Assembly (NCBI RefSeq): GCF_000143415.4
Contig: NW_003314271.1
Location: forward strand, 3,015,227 to 3,020,392
Direction: 5' to 3'
Origin: Selaginella moellendorffii
Taxonomy: Eukaryota > Plantae > Lycopodiophyta
DNA length: 5,166 nt
Every line of letters begins with the position of its first letter. The first letter of the stretch is position 1. The position numbers were made by a program, and so were the translations under genes. The notes under the pieces were generated by a model. The model did not search any database, was not told the origin of the DNA, and saw nothing but the letters and a program-made list of their open reading frames with translations. Of this stretch, positions 1 through 5,166 are shown piece by piece.

Positions 1-559
1 GAGGAGGCGTGATGGCATGTCGCCTTAGCATAAGTATATTTAATACCGGTCTGAGAAATAGAATGGCATGTGCCCTCAGGCCTTTTACTAAATCACCTTT
101 GAAAGAAATGCAAGCCTCTATGTCGTAAAAAAAAGGTACTAGAGAAATTCCTTAATAATATGAATGTTATTTAGTTTCATGAAAATACACTAAGGGTCAA
201 ATGAGTTAAATGACTTCTCCAGACTAGCAATGCCTCTTGCTACACCTTCACAATTAGATTCGTTAGAAAAAGATAACATTGAATAATATCTAAATGTTCT
301 CACCATTAAGTTATATGTCTGGCTAATAGGAATGACGTTCATCTTGGAAAGCTCACCACACGCTCAATGAACAAACAAATAGTGTGTGCGCGCATGCCAT
401 CGCTCTTCTTTAGCTTCAGATTCGGCTTGTTCACCTTGACAATGAGATTTATTATACAACCAGATGGACTCAGTCTGGACACAAAGTCACCGCGCTAGTC
501 ACCATGCCCCAGATATGTCTAGCCCCTGGACAAAAAACATATAATTTCACGTCATTTTC

Positions 560-1140
560 AAATACTTGAAAATTTGTACCTAGTCCCATTTTACTGAATA
601 AATCCCACTTTAACGAAATAGAGCTTTTTACAACTTCTCTAGAACTTTTTCAATGATGGGAACTTTATTAGGCCATTTACAACAAGTTCCAAGTGAAATA
701 AATACATTCTCATTGTAATAAATTATATGACAAAGTCAGCTAAAATTTAACTGATAAAGGCAACAACAACAAAGTTGATTTAAAAGGTTTAGTCTACCTC
801 AAGAACTTATCACTAACTAAAGAATACACTTTATCAATGAAATAATCAAGATTTTAACTAAAGAATTCACCATCAAATACAAAACTGTAACATCATAGTA
901 CTCTTAAATCTACAAATAAAACATTCAAGAAGATCATGAAGACAAATTTAAAAAATTGGGATGAATGCACCTTTAGTGCTCTTTGGGCATACTAAATAGT
1001 TTACAAGGTTTCAACAAACTCAATATTATTCAAAATTACTTATGATTAAAAGCTTTAACTCCACTCAAACATGTTATTCCTTTATTGCAAATGGCAGTAC
1101 AATATGAGATAAATCAAAATAGATCAAAAGAGAAAACTAG
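560..1140 (+). mobile_element. Degenerate Ty3/gypsy LTR-retrotransposon integrase (end of the zinc-binding region, catalytic core, start of the C-terminal region); non-chromovirus (Athila/Tat-like) flavour
   Basis: Manual translation across frameshifts gives collinear integrase blocks. KYLKICT*SH at 560. TSLELFQ*W then NFIRPFTTSSK*NKYILIVINYMTKSAK at about 634-744 (cf. LEPFQRWGLDFIGPF...NKYILVATDYMTKWAE). RFSLPQELITN*RIHFINEIIKILTKEFTIKYKTVTS*YS* at 785-907 (cf. RFGLP.ELITDQGTHFINE...PYYPQ). STNKTFKKIMKTNLKNWDECTFSALWAY*IVYKVSTNSILFKITY at 909-1043 (cf. ESTNK...DWD...ALWAYRTAYKVSTG.TPF.LTYG). Then ALTPLKHVIPLLQMAVQYE. Both catalytic Asp positions read Asn (AAC). Confidence 0.9.
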
Positions 1141-1300
1141 TAATAAGCTTCTAGTATCCAAACTGCTTATAGTCTTTTTTCATCAAGTTTTTCTAGAAAA
1201 ACCAACTAAGAGAGAAAAAGAAAACTCAAAAAAAGTGAAGAAATCAAGATTAAAGATAAAATATCCATTTTCACATTAAATCTACTAATCTTTCCATTAT

Positions 1301-1620
1301 ATAGATTAGTTATTCCATGTAAAACAATCCCATTCCATCTTGTCTATAGATACTCTACAAGACAAAGGACATACTCATGGATGCCCAATATGTATGATTT
1401 CAATTTCAGGGATAGGAATATACCTTGCTCAAGGGTATATTATATTTTAAATAGCCACTAATAGATCAATTATTCCAAGTGAAACAATCCCATTCCATCT
1501 TGTCCATCGATGCTCTACAAGACAAAAGACGTACTCATGGATGCCTAATATGTATGATTTCAATTTTAAAGATAGGAATATACTTTGTTCAAGGGTATAT
1601 TATATTTTAAATAGCCACTA
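1301..1620. repeat. Tandem duplication, 2 x 160 bp (1301-1460 and 1461-1620)
   Basis: Ungapped alignment by eye gives 15 mismatches in 160 bp (about 91% identity): 13 transitions and 2 transversions. Confidence 0.97.
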
Positions 1621-1987
1621 ATAAATAGAAATCAAACCTGTACCATTTGCTTCAATACCACATATAATGCACTCTATCTCTTTCCCCTTAAATCAACTTA
1701 AGAAAAGGGCAATTGCTTTATAAGAAAGCCCTTAATGGCTATTTTATCCACAAAGATTCCAAAGATCTACAGTGACAATATATCTAAATCTTATTCCATG
1801 ATCACATGTGCTACAAACACAAAGAAAAATGCAAAGACTTTAAAGACAAAAGAAGAAAATATCAAAATATCAAGAATTCAAGAAATCATAAAGTTTCTCC
1901 ATAGAAGACGCCTTGATTTTCAGCTATGTTCAAACTGGTGCTGCATCAAAATGAACTTCTAAAACACACAATAGGCAACATGCTAGA

Positions 1988-2160
1988 CAGTGGGTCCTTG
2001 AAGCGAGTAGATGGGCCACACATATCAATAGTAGGTGTAAAATGAATGTGTGCATTAAAGTTTAGATAGCCATCATTCTCGGTCCTTAAAGATGGGGTGA
2101 CAACAGCCACAAGTAGGTTGCCATCTGCAAAATGAATAAGCAGTGGGTCCTTGAAGCGAG
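1988..2160. repeat. Perfect 20-bp direct repeat CAGTGGGTCCTTGAAGCGAG (1988-2007 and 2141-2160), with a degenerate middle copy at about 2081
   Basis: The two 20-mers are identical. The middle unit (GGTCCTTAAAGATGGG...AGTAGGT...AAAATGAAT) shares ordered sub-motifs with the first unit (GGTCCTT...GATGGG...AGTAGGT...AAAATGAAT). Confidence 0.9.
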
Positions 2161-2244
2161 GTGGAGTGAGCTTAGAAACAGACTTCACGAAATATATGGG
2201 CTAGTGGCTACCAGCCTAGTGCATAGTGAGCTCTCTAGTGTAAT
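1988..2244 (+). promoter_or_regulatory. Possible promoter/5' region of the MACPF gene, with TCP-type motifs
   Basis: GTGGGTCC (reverse complement GGACCCAC, matching the class I TCP consensus GGNCCCAC) occurs in both 20-bp repeats. Site-II-like TGGGCY occurs at 2012-2017 and 2197-2202. A weak TATA-like AAATATAT lies at about 2190-2197, about 50 bp before the ATG at 2245. These are short motif matches only. Confidence 0.3.
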
Positions 2245-2838
2245 ATGTCACTACCTGTCCCTGCTCGTTCTACTAGTGATCAGCAAGAGGATACATTTCT
2301 AGGCTGTGGCTTCATTGGCTGTGGCTACGATGTCCTGAAATACTATGCCGATTCAAGGAGCTGTAGGTCTATCAATCTCTTCGAGTTCCCTAAGGATACT
2401 GGGCTAGTGAAAATAGGCAAAAGGACATTCTCAAAACCCAAGGTAATCACCTGCCACACCAGCTACTCAGCCAACTTGTTCATGGAATCTGGAAGCACCT
2501 TCCAGGAATTCACCCAAAAAATCAACTCAACCACAAAGCTTGAGGGGTCGTACAACTTCTTTTCTGCTTCCATAGAAGCCGACTTTGGAATTTTAGAAGC
2601 CCACAACTCCAATCTCGCATTCACCAATGTCAAGCAAATTGTGAGGCTCTTTATGTTACAGCTCCAGCCCAACCATGTCAAGATGCTCAAGCCAAGTGTC
2701 TAGAACGACATTGACACCATGACCGACCTAACCAAGTTGTTCGACAAATACCACAGTCACTATCTCGCCAGCCTCGTCATGGGTGGTGTTGCGAACTACA
2801 TTGCCAGCATGTCAAAAACTAAGTTTAGCCACTCTTGA
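2245..2838 (+). pseudogene. MACPF (membrane attack complex/perforin) domain pore-forming protein; nonsense mutation at 2701 and 3' truncation
   Basis: ORF 2245-2703 has the N-terminal MACPF pattern FIGCGYDV...YA...LFEF and GSTFQEFTQKINSTTKLEGSYNFFSASIEADF. The same frame continues past TAG (2701-2703) as NDIDTMTDLTKLFDKYHSHYLASLVMGGVANYIAS. YHSHY-LASLVM-GG (2749-2787) matches the MACPF signature (Y/W)G(T/S)H(F/Y)x6GG with exact spacing and one G>H change. The next stop is TGA at 2836-2838, and the second half of the domain is absent from the window. Confidence 0.9.
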
Positions 2839-3192
2839 CTATCCAAGTTGGAGATTTTAGTCCAAATGTGTTACACTCGTTTAACTTTCACTTCGGCCAC
2901 CACCATATGGCATCCTTTTGGCTCCACTTTAAGACTTAGGGATTTGTGTTTCACACATATCATTTTTTGTAAGTTAGGTGACACCCAAATCAGTAAAGGT
3001 GGCTAACTTTATTGGTCATTTCCTTATCAATGAAAGTTAGAAGATGTTTGAGTGGTATTGCATTTGTGTTAAACAAAAAAGTTACCCTTAACTTATTTAA
3101 ATCGGTGCATCTCTTACAAAGTGTAAACATTGTAAATTTTTTCTTGAGTTGTTTCTTTAGTGGTGTTCTAAATTAGAGTATGCATCCATAAG

Positions 3193-3228
3193 GATGTCAA
3201 TCTTCTCTAGATGTCAATCTTCTCTAGA
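3193..3228. repeat. Perfect 17-bp tandem duplication (GATGTCAATCTTCTCTA x2)
   Basis: 3193-3209 and 3210-3226 are identical, followed by GA. Confidence 0.95.
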
Positions 3229-3495
3229 AAGTGTCATAAATGTGACTGTAGGTATTGAAAACTATTATAAACAAACAATTAAAGTTATTTACATCATACC
3301 CTTTTAACAAAAAGTAGGAATATTAAGAGAGAAATGAGTGATATAGTTGTGTATCAAAGTTTGTGTCAATATAGGCAAAATGGCTTTAACACTTAGTGTG
3401 TATAGTGAAATTTTTAATTATGGGATAGTTGTATCCACAATTTTCGGCTTTGAGATCGTGTTCAGCACATTCATCACATTCAGAAACTAGAACTT

Positions 3496-3879
3496 GCCCT
3501 GATGCACCAATGTTAACAATATAAAAGTTAAAGACAAAAATATCTTAAAGACATTAAATTATCAATAAATAAAGTGTAGATTAAAACACAAGTATTCCAA
3601 GTAAGTCTTTGGGCTTGTCAATTGGTATGATATGCAATTTCATATAAAGGATGTATTAAGAAAAAAGCTCTTCCAGCAAAATCAGTTTACATGAGCCTAA
3701 GGAAGGTATGAGTCATATCTAATGATGACAAATTTGATACAAAACTAGTAAAAAATGCAAATAGGACCAAAATGTGGTAAAAGTGGAAAAGGTGGAGAAA
3801 GTTGTTGGAGAAGTGGAAAAATTAGAGAAGGTAAAAGTGGAGGATATGATACTCAAACTAAAGGTTAATAGTTTTGACA
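3496..3879 (-). mobile_element. Candidate 5' LTR (3879 to 3511, about 370 bp) followed by a primer-binding-site-like sequence (3509 to 3499)
   Basis: The minus strand starts TGTCAA at 3879 and ends TTAACA at 3511, a near-perfect inverted TG...CA pair. One base later comes TGGTGCATCAG, which matches 10/11 of TGGTGCACCAG, the complement of the plant tRNA-Gly(GCC) 3' end as I recall it. No partner LTR is seen. Confidence 0.4.
3770..3843 (+). repeat. Purine-rich degenerate repeat tract of (A/G)GTGGA-type units
   Basis: GGTAAAAGTGGA occurs at 3776-3787 and 3830-3841, AAGTGGAAAA at 3781 and 3811, and GGTGGAGAAA at 3791. The tract contains no C. Confidence 0.7.
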
Positions 3880-3960
3880 CACAGAGTGAGTCATGACTTA
3901 ATTATGGCCCCATTCCAGTTTCAAATAATTATTTAGAAGTTAATAAAAGAATCATGGAAA

Positions 3961-4281
3961 TTATGGAATGTCTGTCTTAGCTTGTTTTGTCATTCGATGA
4001 TCAATCGATCATTCTTCTTAGTTCTCTCAGCTTTCTCGAGATGCATCACTCAAGTCTGCCACCACATGAACACCACACAGCATGCTTTACAGCTTGCGTT
4101 TGTTCATCCTTACCCTCTTGCCATGGACAGGGCCACTAAAGACCAGACTCAGAACGGAATCCTGGTAGCTGTGTGGAGACAGACAATTTCTTCCCTCTAA
4201 CTACCTCTTTTACACCATCTCCATATATTTATATACACTTAGCATGCCTCTTAGATGCTCACTTTTGCCACTTCTCCTACT
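3961..4281 (-). mobile_element. Probable 3' LTR of the copia element (distal end uncertain)
   Basis: It lies directly after the pol stop and PPT on the minus strand. It begins AGTAGGAGAAG (TGTAGG expected) and contains TATATAAATATA (4235-4224). No clean terminal CA was identified, so 3961 is a guess. Confidence 0.45.
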
Positions 4282-4290
4282 CTCCTTCTC
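4280..4290 (-). other. Polypurine tract (PPT) of the copia element
   Basis: GAGAAGGAGAG on the minus strand overlaps the pol TGA stop (4291-4289), which is the usual copia arrangement. Confidence 0.65.
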
Positions 4291-4519
4291 AGCCGTGACA
4301 ATCTAGGAGTCCCATCTCTACACGATGCTGCTGAAACTTATCTCTTGCTAGAGCCGTTGTCATGATATTGGCAGTCATTTTCTGTGTAGAAACATAAGAC
4401 AAAAGAACCTTGTTTACCAAGACTTATTCTGAAATGCACTCAAAGTGTTTTGTACGTCCATAGAATTTCAGTTTTTTCAAGAGCTAATCTTCTATTGTCA
4501 TATAGAATTTTGTTTCAAT
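4289..4519 (-). mobile_element. Ty1/copia pol C-terminus (RNase H) remnant
   Basis: Minus-strand translation gives KILYDNR (cf. ILCDNQ), a frameshift, then LLKKLKFYGRTKHFECISE*VLVNKVLLSYVSTQKMTANIMTTALARDKFQQHRVEMGLLDCHG*. This matches the copia RNase H pattern KNP.FH.RTKHI...YV.T..M.ADI.TKAL...KF...R..MGL. GRTKH is at 4459-4445, ANIMTTAL at 4372-4349 and the stop at 4291-4289. Confidence 0.92.
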
Positions 4520-4728
4520 CATGAGAGGAGGAAAGTTAGAGATATGAGTCACTATTCCCATAGAGATGCATAAGAGGCTAGTAAGGAAAGGTAAGATAAT
4601 TAAATTTATTAGTACCATCTTCAAGTAAAAACAAGGTAAAATAAACTTAGCTCAAACTTTTGAGTGTAAGATTCTCTCCATGAAATACATCACTGTGCTT
4701 ACAAAGGAGTACACTATGAAAATAAAAT

Positions 4729-4920
4729 GTGAAAGAGTACATAATTATCATTCAAGATTTTCCTTCTTGCATATGTCTAGACTTTACAAAGCATGAAGAA
4801 TATGGAATAGCATATACTCTTTACAAGCATATGTATTACATCTTCATCAACACTTTACACAAAGATCCTAAAATGAACATTCATATACACCAAGCAAGCT
4901 TTACTATTAATGAATTGTAA
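4729..4920 (+). pseudogene. Degenerate SWIM-type zinc finger coding remnant (probably repeat- or transposon-borne)
   Basis: EYIIIIQDFPSCICLDF-TKHEEYGIAYTL-YKHMYYIFINTL...IHQASFTINEL fits SWIM CxC-x15-CxH. C is at 4768 and 4774 and H at 4828; the third Cys reads TAC at 4822, one G>A from TGC. The flanks resemble MEKK1/ZSWIM2-type SWIM (Y.V.I...PSC.CPDF...CKH.yyif...L). A mostly open upstream frame (about 4521-4730) may be its frameshifted N-terminal part. Confidence 0.65.
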
Positions 4921-5166
4921 AAGACTTTTAGAGCTAACTAGATTTTCCAAGACTATTGATATTTATCCTTTATCAATAATATAAACTTATTATACTTTAT
5001 ATAATTAATACTTTTCATTTGATATACTTACAAGTGTTCTTTTTGCAATATTGCTCATAATACTTGTGTATCTCTATTTTTATCTTTACCATCTCAAAAG
5101 ATATTTCATGATAATCTTTCGAGTGCATGATATTGTAGTGTGTCCTAAGAGCATATATACTATTAT

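Larger units (their letters stand above)
2810..3879. mobile_element. Putative non-coding inserted element (LTR-derived or TIR-type) bounded by TG...CA and imperfect inverted ends
   Basis: Left end TGTCAAAAACTA...TTGACTATC (2810-2843) matches the reverse complement of the right end, TGTCAAAACTA...TTGAGTATC (3879-3848). The left end falls where MACPF homology fades. The interior is AT-rich with no ORF. There is no target-site duplication (CAGCA vs CACAG). Confidence 0.45.

Noticed and set aside
1-540. Short motifs: ATGGCATGT at 12 and 63, inverse GCATGCCAT at 392, imperfect palindrome CCAGATGGACTCAGTCTGG at 460-478
   Set aside because: They are too short to distinguish from chance, and no ORF or RNA gene was recognised.
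1085-1279. 64-aa ORF as a real gene
   Set aside because: Its start is the tail of the decayed integrase frame (TTG start), and the rest is low-complexity Lys-rich sequence from A-rich DNA.
1988-2160. CRISPR-like repeat-spacer array
   Set aside because: There are only two perfect 20-bp copies with 133 bp between them, no cas genes, and the context is eukaryotic.
1946-2188. 80-aa minus-strand ORF with a repeated RFKDPL
   Set aside because: The peptide repeat only reflects the 20-bp DNA repeat. It has a GTG start and no recognisable domain.
2463-2690. 75-aa minus-strand ORF
   Set aside because: It is an antisense shadow of the MACPF coding frame.
2701-2709. Programmed readthrough or U-to-C editing of the MACPF TAG
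   Set aside because: The context TAG-AAC-GAC is not the CARYYA readthrough motif. U-to-C stop removal is an organellar process, and the gene is truncated anyway.
3982-4200. 72-aa plus-strand ORF
   Set aside because: It has a TTG start and no motif, and lies antisense within the probable copia LTR.
4325-4397. Plus-strand signal-peptide-like stretch (AVVMILAVIFCVET) after a TATA-like sequence
   Set aside because: It is explained as the antisense of the copia RNase H motif MTANIMTTALAR.
5134-5166. TGTAGTGTGTCC as the start of another LTR
   Set aside because: Only a TG start is visible at the window edge, with no partner end or TSD to test.

Overview
AT-rich eukaryotic DNA, most likely from a plant (moss/fern-like; this is an inference). 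The window is a mosaic of decayed mobile-element pieces around one cellular-type gene remnant, and no intact gene is supported. From left to right: (1) unassigned sequence at 1-540; (2) a frameshifted, stop-ridden Ty3/gypsy integrase remnant on + (about 560-1140); (3) a 2 x 160-bp tandem duplication (1301-1620); (4) a short repeated, promoter-like region (1988-2244); (5) an intronless MACPF (perforin-like pore-forming) gene on +, which continues through one in-frame TAG (2701) into the MACPF signature and loses homology at about 2810-2838; (6) a non-coding, LTR-like or inverted-end element (2810-3879); (7) the 3' end of a Ty1/copia element on - (RNase H 4519-4289, polypurine tract, probable 3' LTR); (8) a degenerate SWIM zinc-finger reading frame on + (about 4729-4920). 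The remnants show pervasive C>T/G>A decay. The most interesting item is the MACPF remnant, which by eye resembles compact bacterial/insecticidal MACPFs. All homology calls come from manual translation and motif recognition; no database search was run.
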